DNA from: a virus
Length of the DNA: 64,000 bases
Virus record (IMG/VR): IMGVR_UViG_3300028840_003687
Strand: one strand, 5' to 3'
The notes under the pieces were generated by a model. It was given only the letters and a program-made list of their open reading frames with translations, did no database searches and was not told the origin of the DNA. The first letter of the stretch is position 1, and every line of letters starts with the position of its first letter. Shown piece by piece: positions 8,415 through 17,096 of this stretch. The position numbers and the translations under genes were made by a program.

Positions 8415-8921
8415 TCAGCGTGTCGTCCGACGCCATCCCGCCACCGCCAGGCCCAGGATACCAAGAACGAGCAGGAGCAGCATCCCAGGTTCGGGCACGT
8501 ACTCCTTCGAGGTCTGCATCGGAAGGTGGTTGCTGTTTCCGCTCTCCACGACCGCGTGCTCCGCCTCGAATTCGGCGAGCTGCTCCGGCGTCCATGTCTG
8601 AACGGCCCGCAAGGCGTTGAACCCTTCCGGGTAGGGCTTGCCGGCGTGCGCCTTGCAGACGAGCGGCCCTTCGTCGCCTCCGCCGTAGCGGATCGTTTCG
8701 AGGCGGCCCAGGAGCGTCCCATCGGGCTGCTCGCGGATGTTCGTGAGGAAGTTGCAGCGGCGCCCGTCGACGCTGTGCTGGCTCGGGTAGCAGCAGCTCC
8801 AGGCTTTGACGACGCGCTCGTCGCCCTCGACTGCCGGCGGCTGGTACAGGTGGACGTCGAACTTCTCGTGGACGGCCGGGATCTCAGGCCAGTCTTCCGG
8901 GTGGGCTTCACTGTGGGGCAT
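8415..8921 (-). CDS. PEP-CTERM-like C-terminally anchored protein (no obvious signal peptide)
   Basis: Genuine GC3-rich codon usage; C-terminus ...YVPEPGMLLLLVLGILGLAVAGWRRTTR is PEP + TM + RR; Cys-containing middle region (WSCCYP...RRCNF). Confidence 0.5.
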   Translation of the reverse strand: MPHSEAHPEDWPEIPAVHEKFDVHLYQPPAVEGDERVVKAWSCCYPSQHSVDGRRCNFLTNIREQPDGTLLGRLETIRYGGGDEGPLVCKAHAGKPYPEGFNALRAVQTWTPEQLAEFEAEHAVVESGNSNHLPMQTSKEYVPEPGMLLLLVLGILGLAVAGWRRTTR

Positions 8922-9237
8922 TGCAGGCTCCTGTCGTGTCGATGTATAGGGTAGCGTGTCCGCCTACGGTCACATCGTCTGTGTCCCACCGCTCGGTGCC
9001 CAGCGCCTGCTGGCCGTCGCTGCGGGACCCGTTGATTCCGATCTCCGCCCCGCTGATGCAGGGGTTGTGGTGGCATGCGACCTGAAGAACCGCTAGCGCT
9101 CCGAGGGTCATCCACGTCATCCAGGTGATGCGGTCTCCACCGAACATCCGATGCCCGGTCTCCGCAACGCATGCGATGGTCAGGACGAACGGCAGGCCGT
9201 AGATCACGACGCCCAGGAAGTGCAGTGTCGATTCCAT
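8908..9237 (-). CDS. small membrane/secreted protein
   Basis: MESTLHFLGVVIYGLPFVLTIACVA hydrophobic N-terminus plus a second hydrophobic segment; ATGA overlap with the primase stop. Confidence 0.45.
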   Translation of the reverse strand: MESTLHFLGVVIYGLPFVLTIACVAETGHRMFGGDRITWMTWMTLGALAVLQVACHHNPCISGAEIGINGSRSDGQQALGTERWDTDDVTVGGHATLYIDTTGACNAPQ

Positions 9238-11588
9238 CAGAAGATGTCCTCCTGCTCCGGGCCGGGAAGTTCGATCTCCTCTTCGGGCTCTTCCCCGACC
9301 CAATCACCCTGACCATAGACCTCGACCCACCTCTCGCGGCAATCCTCGAGGTCCATGAACTGGTAGACCTTCCGACGGCCCGTCGAGACCGACGAGTTGC
9401 CCTTCTTCACCGGAGCGACCTTGCTCAGGAAGCGACCCCAGTGAACGCGCGTCTTCGGGTTTCGGAAGCTCTTGCGCTTCGTGTACTCCAGGTAGTCCTG
9501 GTAGAGGGTGTCAGTCAGCACGACCTGCGGCCACGGCACGCTGCCAGGATCGTCGTCGAGCATGCGGCCCTCGACCAGCTTGTCGAACCACCACTGTTCC
9601 TCGGTGTCGTAGCTCTGCATCTGCTGCTCCTGCAGCGCCATCGTCGTCGGAACGTGGCGGACATCAAAGCCGGAAAGATCGTAGTTGAGCAGGTTGTAGA
9701 GAAACCCCTCTCGCCCTCCGTTGTCCATCTGCTGTTGAATCGCACCGAAGTACTCAGCGTCCCGGGCCCGTGCATCGCTCACGTCAAGAACGAGGAAGCG
9801 GCGCTCGCTCCGACTGTGGGCCGGAACGACCCAGTCATGGTTCGAGGCCATCATGAGGTGCAGGCAGTTAGTCGCGGTTTCGATGTCGACGCCCTTGGCC
9901 TCGATCTGCATCGTATCCTCGGTGACGATCATCTTCAGCACGCCTTCGTGCTTCTTGTCGCCGGCGTAGAAGGCCTCGTCCGCGAAGATGAAGACGCAGT
10001 CCCGGAGGTGGGCGTTGAAGTTCCCGACGAGCTGGCTGGAGTGTCCGACCTGCATGTAGTGTCGGCCCAGGAGGGCCCCGAGCTGCTTCGCGAGGAACGA
10101 CTTCCCCGTCCCCTGCTGGCCGCGCATCACGATTGCCGTCTGCCCAGGCTCGCCGGGATGCTGGATCATTCGGGCCATCCAGCCCATTACGTATTCGAAG
10201 TAGGTGTCCTTGCCTTGGCAGACGTTTTCGCGGATGTGCTCTTCGAGCTTGTCCCACCGCCCCGGGCGTGCTTCACAGGAGAAGCCTCTCCAGAGGTTGT
10301 ACGAGTCCGGCACTTCCTGGTTCGGAACGAAGATGACCCGCTTGAACTGTCGCCGGTCCGGATGCTTCAGCCACCAGTCGCCCAGGGGCATGTACTTCGG
10401 GTTCCCGTCCTTGTCGGACCCGACCTCCACCCGTCGGTTCATGTGCGCGTTCTTGAAGTCGCCGAAGCTCATTGACGAGAGGCGCGAGCGCCGGAGGATC
10501 GGATCGTCCAGCTCTTCGATCACGCGGCAGCGTCCCCCGAAGTTCTCGATCACCGAGTAGCGGTCATTCATCGCCGCCAGGTTCGGATCGATCGCGAATT
10601 CCTTCGCCTTCCCGATCTGGCGTTTCGCATAGCTTTCGACGTTCGCGCCCTTGTCGAGCACTGAGTCGCTGATGCCGAAGTCCGGGTCCGTGATCAGCGA
10701 GAAGATGACCTCGTCGGGCACGTTGCAGCGAACAAGGTTGCAGACGCAATCGAATAGCCAGCTCGATCGCGAGTCGTCTTCCTTGGGCGGTTCGTCGGGA
10801 TGCCGCCCCTGGACGATGATGACCTTCACACGGTCGGGCACGTCCCACTCGTCCAGCTCGTCCATCGTGGCGATGCGGGCAATGTTTCCGCTGATCTCGA
10901 CCGTCTGGGACGACGCTCCGAACAGCTCGTTCGTCTGCGTGGGCGCGGCCGGCGTGAACTGCGAGAGCGAGTAGATCCGGCTCTGGTCGAAGACCTCGAC
11001 CTTCGCCAGCTCCTCGCTCCGACCCTTCGCGCGCTTCTTCGCGTCGGGGACGTTGACGGTCCCTGGCAGCCGCATGATGCGATCGACGTTGTGGCAGTTG
11101 TCCGCGCCGAAGAGCAGCTCGAGCTGCAGGTTCCAGCGCTTCGCGGTCTCGGCCAGGCCGACGTCGCCGTTGATCTCGAACTCCTCATCGAGCCGCCAGA
11201 AGCCTTGGTAGCCGCCGCCCGAGAAGATGACCGCCGTGGGCTTCGGAACGCCGGCCGGCGGATCCAGCAGCTGGGTCAGGGCGCGCTCTCGCTCTGCTTG
11301 GAGATCCTGACCGTCACGCGGGTCGACGTCGACGTGCAGCCAGCGCATGCCCCGCATGTCCTCGCGGAGTGCCTTCTTGTCCATCGGTCCACGCGTCGGG
11401 TTGACGTGGAAGTAGATGTTGCGGGTGCCGTTGTACTTCTCGATCCACTCCGCGCATTCGGTGTCCGTCTCGGCCTCGAACGTCGCGGTGGTGATCGCCT
11501 TGCGATCCACGGCGATCGCAGTCAGCACCCAGAGCCCAGAGGGCTCGTACTGCTTCAGGAACTCGATTGCTGCCGGGGTATCGGTCAT
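9237..11588 (-). CDS. bifunctional primase-polymerase / superfamily-3 (D5/P4-type) replicative helicase
   Basis: 783 aa; N-terminal prim-pol-like region; C-terminal SF3 helicase with Walker A GQQGTGKS and Walker B IFADEA. Confidence 0.8.
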   Translation of the reverse strand: MTDTPAAIEFLKQYEPSGLWVLTAIAVDRKAITTATFEAETDTECAEWIEKYNGTRNIYFHVNPTRGPMDKKALREDMRGMRWLHVDVDPRDGQDLQAERERALTQLLDPPAGVPKPTAVIFSGGGYQGFWRLDEEFEINGDVGLAETAKRWNLQLELLFGADNCHNVDRIMRLPGTVNVPDAKKRAKGRSEELAKVEVFDQSRIYSLSQFTPAAPTQTNELFGASSQTVEISGNIARIATMDELDEWDVPDRVKVIIVQGRHPDEPPKEDDSRSSWLFDCVCNLVRCNVPDEVIFSLITDPDFGISDSVLDKGANVESYAKRQIGKAKEFAIDPNLAAMNDRYSVIENFGGRCRVIEELDDPILRRSRLSSMSFGDFKNAHMNRRVEVGSDKDGNPKYMPLGDWWLKHPDRRQFKRVIFVPNQEVPDSYNLWRGFSCEARPGRWDKLEEHIRENVCQGKDTYFEYVMGWMARMIQHPGEPGQTAIVMRGQQGTGKSFLAKQLGALLGRHYMQVGHSSQLVGNFNAHLRDCVFIFADEAFYAGDKKHEGVLKMIVTEDTMQIEAKGVDIETATNCLHLMMASNHDWVVPAHSRSERRFLVLDVSDARARDAEYFGAIQQQMDNGGREGFLYNLLNYDLSGFDVRHVPTTMALQEQQMQSYDTEEQWWFDKLVEGRMLDDDPGSVPWPQVVLTDTLYQDYLEYTKRKSFRNPKTRVHWGRFLSKVAPVKKGNSSVSTGRRKVYQFMDLEDCRERWVEVYGQGDWVGEEPEEEIELPGPEQEDIF

Positions 11589-12001
11589 CGTTGGAGAAGC
11601 TCGTCTAGATCAGCCACGGCGATCTTGCCGTAGGAGTGCAGTAGGGCTCGTTCGATCAGCTCGTCGCGAGGGACTCTGCCGACGAATTCGTGGGCGGTCA
11701 GTCCATCAAAGAGCAGATTTTCTACGACGCCGCGAGAACCGACTCGTAGCAGAAGCCACGCGCCACCGCCCGCATTCCAGCGGCGACGCAGCCAGTTGCG
11801 CTGGTGCTGCTTGTACTTCGGGAGCCGCAGCGGTGTGTCGTTCTGCTTGGGCCAGCAGGGCGCGTACTTCAGCTCGAGCCATCCGCGCAGGCACTCGACG
11901 TCGGGGCACCCAGGGTTCGCGGAATTCTCGACGGCCTGAGGATCGGAGCGGAGGCGCCTCAGCGCCTTGATCACCTGGGCGCGGTAGTTGTACTCACCCA
12001 T
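11585..12001 (-). CDS. putative VRR-NUC / PD-(D/E)xK-type nuclease
   Basis: Start taken at MGEYNY (ATG 2 nt after the upstream stop; the ORF frame extends to 12058); GCPDVECLRGWLELKY resembles the PD...ExK motif of VRR-NUC domains. Confidence 0.4.
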   Translation of the reverse strand: MGEYNYRAQVIKALRRLRSDPQAVENSANPGCPDVECLRGWLELKYAPCWPKQNDTPLRLPKYKQHQRNWLRRRWNAGGGAWLLLRVGSRGVVENLLFDGLTAHEFVGRVPRDELIERALLHSYGKIAVADLDELLQR

Positions 12002-12386
12002 CGTCGCTCTCCCGATACGGGCAGCAGTGCTCGCATCGCGTGTGAGGGTCCGGCTCACCGTCGCGCGGACAGTTACGGCAGGTGCATCCTCCTGGGCTGA
12101 TGTTCGCGCTCGTGAGCGGCTGCACCACCGGCTCCCCGGCCTCGTAGGCGGCGAGAGCTTCGCGGATCTCCGCCTCCGCCGATTGGTAGCCCGCCACCCA
12201 CTCTGTCACGGTCTCAGTGTCCGCCGATCGGGCCACGTTCATCGAGCGCACCGCCTTCGCCAACCGGTCGGCAAGGGCGATCTGCGTTGCCATCCGAGCA
12301 CGAACAGCTTCTCCAGCAGCCACCCGAGCCTCCAGTTCCTTGATCCGCTTGTTCCGGGTCACCATCCATAGGTGGTCAACGGACAT
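11994..12386 (-). CDS. hypothetical protein with C-terminal Cys cluster
   Basis: 130 aa; helical N-terminal part; GGCTCRNCPRDG...CEHCCPY C-terminus. Confidence 0.45.
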   Translation of the reverse strand: MSVDHLWMVTRNKRIKELEARVAAGEAVRARMATQIALADRLAKAVRSMNVARSADTETVTEWVAGYQSAEAEIREALAAYEAGEPVVQPLTSANISPGGCTCRNCPRDGEPDPHTRCEHCCPYRESDDG

Positions 12387-12876
12387 TACTCACCTCCCCG
12401 GCCTCGTAGGCGGCGAGCTTGGCGCGGTAGTCGGCCCGCTTCGAGTCGGACTCCGCGAGCTTGTCCGCAAGGTCGGCGACTCTGGCGCGGGCTTCGTCGC
12501 GTTCTTCGACGAGCAAGTCGATCACCTGCGAAGGCAGCGCGGGCTTGCGCTTCGCCTCGTCAAGCTCCCGCTCCAACTCCGCCACCCGAACGCGGGCCTC
12601 GTCGCGTTCGCGTTCTGTCTCACACACGTGGCACGGCCCCTGCCAATCTGGTGGCAGCATGTGAGCGAAGTTCTCGCACCACTTCGCTTTTCGCTCCCGC
12701 TCCAACTCCGCCACCCGAGCCTCGGCGGCTTCGTGCAGACCGCGTAGCCGCTCGATCTCGGCCTGGGACAATCGAAGCTCGATGTCCCGCTCGCGCAGCT
12801 TCTTGCCGTGGTCTACGCGGAGGGCCAGTTCCGCCTCGGCAGCTTCGGCACGCTTCTTCCACGTCTCGTCACTCAT
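12376..12876 (-). CDS. coiled-coil protein
   Basis: 166 aa, repeated ELERE/AELERE heptad-like segments, central CHVCE. Confidence 0.5.
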   Translation of the reverse strand: MSDETWKKRAEAAEAELALRVDHGKKLRERDIELRLSQAEIERLRGLHEAAEARVAELERERKAKWCENFAHMLPPDWQGPCHVCETERERDEARVRVAELERELDEAKRKPALPSQVIDLLVEERDEARARVADLADKLAESDSKRADYRAKLAAYEAGEVSNVR

Positions 12877-13057
12877 CGTCTTCGCCCCTTTCGTTTCCCT
12901 CGGCCACGGGGCGCGGAGAGGATTTCTCCGTAGGCTCCGCTGCGGGCGGAGGGGTGGAGCATTTTAGGCAGCCAGTTGGTGACATATCTTTCGGAACTGG
13001 AAACTCATAGCCGCACACGATGCAGCGCCATATCCAGCCGCTCTCCCATACGCTCAC
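12869..13057 (-). CDS. small zinc-ribbon protein
   Basis: 62 aa with CIVCG...CLKC (two CxxC pairs). Confidence 0.45.
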   Translation of the reverse strand: MSVWESGWIWRCIVCGYEFPVPKDMSPTGCLKCSTPPPAAEPTEKSSPRPVAEGNERGEDDE

Positions 13058-15135
13058 ATCGAATCTCCCCAGCTCGAGCCCAGCTCCACGTCGACCTTCG
13101 ACGGGACCGTGAGCTGCGGGATGCAGTGCTCCATGATCTCGGCCGCGGCGTTCGCGTCGCCTTCACCATGGAAGCTGCCTGTGATCTCGTCGTGGACCTG
13201 GAGCTGCAGGTAGTGACCGTCGCGATGAACGTCGACCACGGCCTTCTTCGTCTGGTCCGCTGCGCTGCCCTGGATGACGCGGTTGAGCGCCTTCTGGGTC
13301 CAGTCGTACTTGCCATCCTTCCCGACCGGGAAGTGGCAGTGGCGGCCCAGGATCGTGATCACGTAGCCGCGCTCGTTCGCCTTGTGCTGGGCGAACTTCG
13401 ACAGCTCTCTCACGAATGGCAGCTTCTCGTCGAACGTCTCCAGCAGCTTGCGGCCTTCCGCGCCGGCGCCCTCCATCAGCCGCCCTCCGCACTCCTGGGC
13501 GTACGCCGCTGCCGACGTGCGGTCTTCGATGTCGAAGTACTTGGTGTCCGCCCACGCCTTGCCGTAGACGACCCACGCCTTGGGCAGGCCCAGCTTCACG
13601 CAGAGCTTCGCGCCGCCCAGGCCGTAGATCTTGCCCAGGAAGATCTCCTTCGCGGGCTTGCGCTCGATCCCGGCCATCTCCGCGACCATTGTATGGTTGT
13701 CCGTATTTCGGTCGCGCCGGTACTGCTCCGCTGCCGCCACGGCTGCGTTGCGTGCGTGCTGGCTGATGCCTTTGCCCTTGCGAAGATCTCCGACCGGGCA
13801 GTTCTCCGCGTAGTGCATCATCATCCGCGGCTCCTGCTGGCTGTAGTCCAGGGAGCCCCAGGTCATGCCTTCCTCAGGCAGGTAGATCGCACGCCACATC
13901 TTGGCGAACTCGTCGCGCGCCGGCTGCTGCTGCAGGTTCGGCTTCTCGCTGGACAGGCGGCCGTAGCGAGCGCCCGATCCGTCGTCCAGGCTCGCCTCGT
14001 CGGTCGAGTCGTTGCGCCGGAGCTGGTTGAACGTCGTGTGGATGCGGCCGTTCACCATGTGCTCGCGGATCGAGGCGACGAAGGTGGTCCGGAGCTTGTT
14101 CGTCTTCCGAGCCCAGAGGATCCGCTCCGCGACCGGGTGATCGATCGCGTGCAGGGTCTCCTGCTTGATCTCCGGCTGGCCCTTCGAGGTCTTCTTGAGG
14201 GTCACCCCAATCGCTTCGAGCGCCGGAGCGACCTGGCTGGGCGCCATGATCCCCTTCCCCTTGGCGGTCCCGATCCTCACCCCCGTGAGGCGGTGGATCT
14301 CGTCCAGGGCGGCCTGCTCTTCCCCGCGGGCCCACTGCTCGACCTGGGCCAGGCGGTCCTGATCGATCCGCACGCCACGGCGCCGCATCAGCGTGAGGAT
14401 GGGCTGGACCTGGCACTCGAGATTGAAGATGTCCCAGAGGCCCGCCTCTTCGATTCGCGCCTCCTGGCGCCGCAGAATGGCCAGGGGCTCGTCCACGTCT
14501 CCGAGCCCATACGGGCCCACGAAACGCGCGGGGAGCTTGTGGAGCCCCGCCTTCGGATCGACGTTGAAGTGCTCTGCAGCCGTCCGCAGGAGCGCCTCGT
14601 CCTTGCCCTCGCGGCCGTACCGCTGCGAGAGGGCCTGGAGGCCGTAATTGAACTGCAGCTCGTCCAGGAGCGGCTCAGCGACCCCGATATCGCGCCAGGT
14701 GCAGCCGCCCTCGATGAAGTCGGCGCCTTCCTGGGCCAGCCAGTCGCAGTCGTAGCCCAGGTTGCAGCCGACGAGCTGCCCCCGGAACGATCGGGCCTGG
14801 GCCTCGATGTACGCCAGGGCCGCCTGGGGATTCTCGACGTTGTCGCCCCCCTCGTGGAAGAGCGGGACGTAGAACCCGGGCCCGCCCTCGATCCGGAACG
14901 AGTAGCCGACCAGCCGGGAGTCGTCGCGGCGGACGCCGGGGCCGAGCTTCTTCAGGTGTGGGTCGCAGGTCTCGACGTCGATCGCGACTCGCGCGCTGGC
15001 GTTCGTCGGCCAGTCCGGTAGCTCACCCAGGCGGGGCGGGCGCCAGTCGGACTCCGGCACGAACATCGGCAGCTGGGTCTCGGCTTCGTTCGTCTGGTCC
15101 GCGTGCTTCCGGCCGCTACTCCTGGGCTTCGCCAT
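13054..15135 (-). CDS. family-A DNA polymerase (Pol I-like) with 3'-5' exonuclease domain
   Basis: Exo I (IDVETCD), Pol motif A (DYSQQEPR), motif C (QVHDEI), KIYGLGGAKL; 693 aa. Confidence 0.9.
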   Translation of the reverse strand: MAKPRSSGRKHADQTNEAETQLPMFVPESDWRPPRLGELPDWPTNASARVAIDVETCDPHLKKLGPGVRRDDSRLVGYSFRIEGGPGFYVPLFHEGGDNVENPQAALAYIEAQARSFRGQLVGCNLGYDCDWLAQEGADFIEGGCTWRDIGVAEPLLDELQFNYGLQALSQRYGREGKDEALLRTAAEHFNVDPKAGLHKLPARFVGPYGLGDVDEPLAILRRQEARIEEAGLWDIFNLECQVQPILTLMRRRGVRIDQDRLAQVEQWARGEEQAALDEIHRLTGVRIGTAKGKGIMAPSQVAPALEAIGVTLKKTSKGQPEIKQETLHAIDHPVAERILWARKTNKLRTTFVASIREHMVNGRIHTTFNQLRRNDSTDEASLDDGSGARYGRLSSEKPNLQQQPARDEFAKMWRAIYLPEEGMTWGSLDYSQQEPRMMMHYAENCPVGDLRKGKGISQHARNAAVAAAEQYRRDRNTDNHTMVAEMAGIERKPAKEIFLGKIYGLGGAKLCVKLGLPKAWVVYGKAWADTKYFDIEDRTSAAAYAQECGGRLMEGAGAEGRKLLETFDEKLPFVRELSKFAQHKANERGYVITILGRHCHFPVGKDGKYDWTQKALNRVIQGSAADQTKKAVVDVHRDGHYLQLQVHDEITGSFHGEGDANAAAEIMEHCIPQLTVPSKVDVELGSSWGDSM

Positions 15136-15535
15136 TGGAGTCCCAGGGGTTCGGGAAGGCGATCAGCGACTGCACGAGCAGCTGAGCGTGCGCGAAGGAC
15201 ACGGCCGTCCAGCGCGTGGCGAAGATCGAGATCACGATGCGCTCGCGGAAGTCCGTCACCCCGTTGACGTCGAGGAAGCGGTTCACGGCCATCTGGCCGG
15301 CGCCTTCCGAGCGCGGCTCGCGCCCGTCCTCGTGGTGCAGCTCTTCGAGCTTCATGATGTAGTGCAGCACCTTGCGGAGATCCTGCGCCCCGCCCTTGGC
15401 GCGCCAGCGCGTCACGTACTTGACGATGTTGCCTTCGATGAATCCGAGCCCGTGCCGCTCGATGAAGTCCCAGGGCTGCTCGTCTTTCGTGCTCTTGTAG
15501 TGGTCTCCCCCTACCTGTACTTCGTTCGCGCTCAT
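15116..15535 (-). CDS. DUF3310-domain phage protein
   Basis: N-terminal VQVGGDHYK...PWDFIE...IVKYVTRW matches the conserved GG-HY block of DUF3310. Confidence 0.55.
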   Translation of the reverse strand: MSANEVQVGGDHYKSTKDEQPWDFIERHGLGFIEGNIVKYVTRWRAKGGAQDLRKVLHYIMKLEELHHEDGREPRSEGAGQMAVNRFLDVNGVTDFRERIVISIFATRWTAVSFAHAQLLVQSLIAFPNPWDSNGEAQE

Positions 15536-15792
15536 GCTGCCTCCGGTTTGTTTGTTGCCGGGATCTCTATGTTCCCGACGGTTTCGTCATCTTCCATGAT
15601 CATCTTCGCGTACATCACCGTGTGATAGGTGGTGTAGAGCTGGGCGTGCCGCCTGGAGAGGCTGGTCAGAGCGAAGAGAACCTTCGTCTCATGCACCGCG
15701 GCCGCGTACTCGTCGGTTCCCTCAATAAAGGCGTAGAACCAGTCGTGACGCTCCAGCCTCTCCCAGTAGGCGACGAGATCAGTCTTCGCCAT
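15532..15792 (-). CDS. hypothetical protein
   Basis: 86-aa ORF, 4-nt overlaps on both sides. Confidence 0.45.
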   Translation of the reverse strand: MAKTDLVAYWERLERHDWFYAFIEGTDEYAAAVHETKVLFALTSLSRRHAQLYTTYHTVMYAKMIMEDDETVGNIEIPATNKPEAA

Positions 15793-16093
15793 CCGCCGTT
15801 TCGATCATCGACTTCAAGGCCTTGAAGGAGGAGACCTCCTCGCCAACCAGGAAGGTGTCGACCTCGGTCCCGCCGTCATCCCCTTCGCTGGTCACGAGCA
15901 GCAGGATCGTCTGGTTCGGCAGGAGCTGCAGCGCGTGCGAGCAGCGACCGAACTTGATGTCCTCCCCGATCGTGTGCCGAACCAGGAGTCCTGCCACGAC
16001 CTCGGGCGGGGTGATCATGCCCATGGGCGGTCGCTGTTGGGCTTCGCGGGCTGCCTTCTCGGCCGCCAGTCTCTTCGCTTTCGTCGTCATCAA
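15779..16093 (-). CDS. hypothetical protein
   Basis: 104-aa ORF in an operon-like tight array. Confidence 0.45.
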   Translation of the reverse strand: MMTTKAKRLAAEKAAREAQQRPPMGMITPPEVVAGLLVRHTIGEDIKFGRCSHALQLLPNQTILLLVTSEGDDGGTEVDTFLVGEEVSSFKALKSMIETADGED

Positions 16094-16530
16094 TCGTTCC
16101 TATTGTGGGCCAGCAGCCGCTCGAGATCTTCGTGCGACGGCATCGGCCGTTCCTTCCACGGCCACGTCAGGGGCGTCCAGCCCAGGAGCGTGAGCGCGAT
16201 GAAGTAGATGGGCGGGACGGTCAGCAGGGCCATCACCGCGATGTAGACTTTGATCAGCGACTCTCGCCGCTGGTCGATCTTCGTCGCCCGATCGTCGAGC
16301 CGCCTTGCCATGCATGCGGCCAGCTTGAAGTCGGCGACGGGCTTCGAGTAGAAGAGGCCCAGGAAGCCGCCCTTGCCGACGTGGTACGCCAGATCGTGTA
16401 GGTCGCAGCAGTCGTCGAAGTTGGCACCGCCGACCTCGTCGGGGACGAGCTTCGCGGTGATGCCTGCGCCGCAGCCGTTGGGGATGAACTGGGTCGGCCG
16501 GAAGCCAAATCGCTCTGCAAGGGTTCTCAT
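16090..16530 (-). CDS. phospholipase A2-like protein with C-terminal TM helix
   Basis: FDDCCDLHDLAYHVG matches the CCxxHDxxY catalytic signature of secreted PLA2; C-terminal hydrophobic helix LIKVYIAVMALLTVPPIYFIALTLLGW. Confidence 0.45.
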   Translation of the reverse strand: MRTLAERFGFRPTQFIPNGCGAGITAKLVPDEVGGANFDDCCDLHDLAYHVGKGGFLGLFYSKPVADFKLAACMARRLDDRATKIDQRRESLIKVYIAVMALLTVPPIYFIALTLLGWTPLTWPWKERPMPSHEDLERLLAHNRND

Positions 16531-16745
16531 GAATCGTCTCCCATCAGGTGCTGGTAGTAGTACAGCATACCCGGGTGCGGTTGGGGAGGGTCGGGGATGC
16601 GTTTCTCCCCGCGTTCGACGCGCGCCTTCATCTGCTCGATCTCGCGCTCCCCCTGGGCCTCGACGCGTTGGATGAACGCAACCCAGTCCTCGTCGGAGCA
16701 GCTCACGTCGACCTCGGCGCCGGTGGTGCGAAACTTCGGAAACAT
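16527..16745 (-). CDS. hypothetical protein
   Basis: 72-aa ORF, 4-nt overlap. Confidence 0.4.
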   Translation of the reverse strand: MFPKFRTTGAEVDVSCSDEDWVAFIQRVEAQGEREIEQMKARVERGEKRIPDPPQPHPGMLYYYQHLMGDDS

Positions 16746-16948
16746 CAGTCCTCCAGTTCGGGTTCCCAGACGCGCTGCTTGATCGAGATCAGGTCGATCA
16801 GGTCGGCGTCGGAATCGTCGTCGGACACGAAGTCCAGCTCGACGTCGATCCCCTTCTTCGACAGCTTGGACAGGTGGCCGTTCAGGTGCGCCACCAGGCC
16901 GGTGAGCTTCACGATATCGGAGTCAGGTCCGAACTTGATCTTAGCCAT
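16745..16948 (-). CDS. hypothetical acidic protein
   Basis: 67-aa ORF. Confidence 0.4.
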   Translation of the reverse strand: MAKIKFGPDSDIVKLTGLVAHLNGHLSKLSKKGIDVELDFVSDDDSDADLIDLISIKQRVWEPELED

Positions 16949-17096
16949 TCTTCAGCTCTTCGTGCTTCGCGTCGGCGGCGACCTCGCAGAAGTTCGCCAG
17001 CTCCTCCATCACCTCGACGTAGTCCTCGTCGGACAGCTTGGCGGTGTGTCGATCGATGCGGCTCTGCAGCATCTCTACGATCTCAGTCGTGGTCAT
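16941..17096 (-). CDS. small hypothetical protein
   Basis: MTTTEIVEML... 51 aa; ATGA overlap with the RNR stop; the listed ORF 16941..17255 is longer, but the internal start fits the gene packing. Confidence 0.35.
   Translation of the reverse strand: MTTTEIVEMLQSRIDRHTAKLSDEDYVEVMEELANFCEVAADAKHEELKNG

Noticed and set aside
8306-9316. 336-aa - strand ORF (Arg/Ser/Pro-rich)
   Set aside because: Covers two better-supported genes (8415-8921, 8908-9237) in another frame; extreme low-complexity RS/RP composition.
12976-15021. 681-aa + strand ORF antisense to the DNA polymerase gene
   Set aside because: Antisense shadow of a gene with unambiguous Pol A motifs; R/L/A/V-rich with no domains. The same reasoning applies to 17432..18877 (+, antisense to RNR), 22587..23456, 24509..25675, 29489..30970, 32847..34814, 35366..36481, 38549..39967, 40102..41250, 43665..45257, 46319..48685 and 50943..51929.
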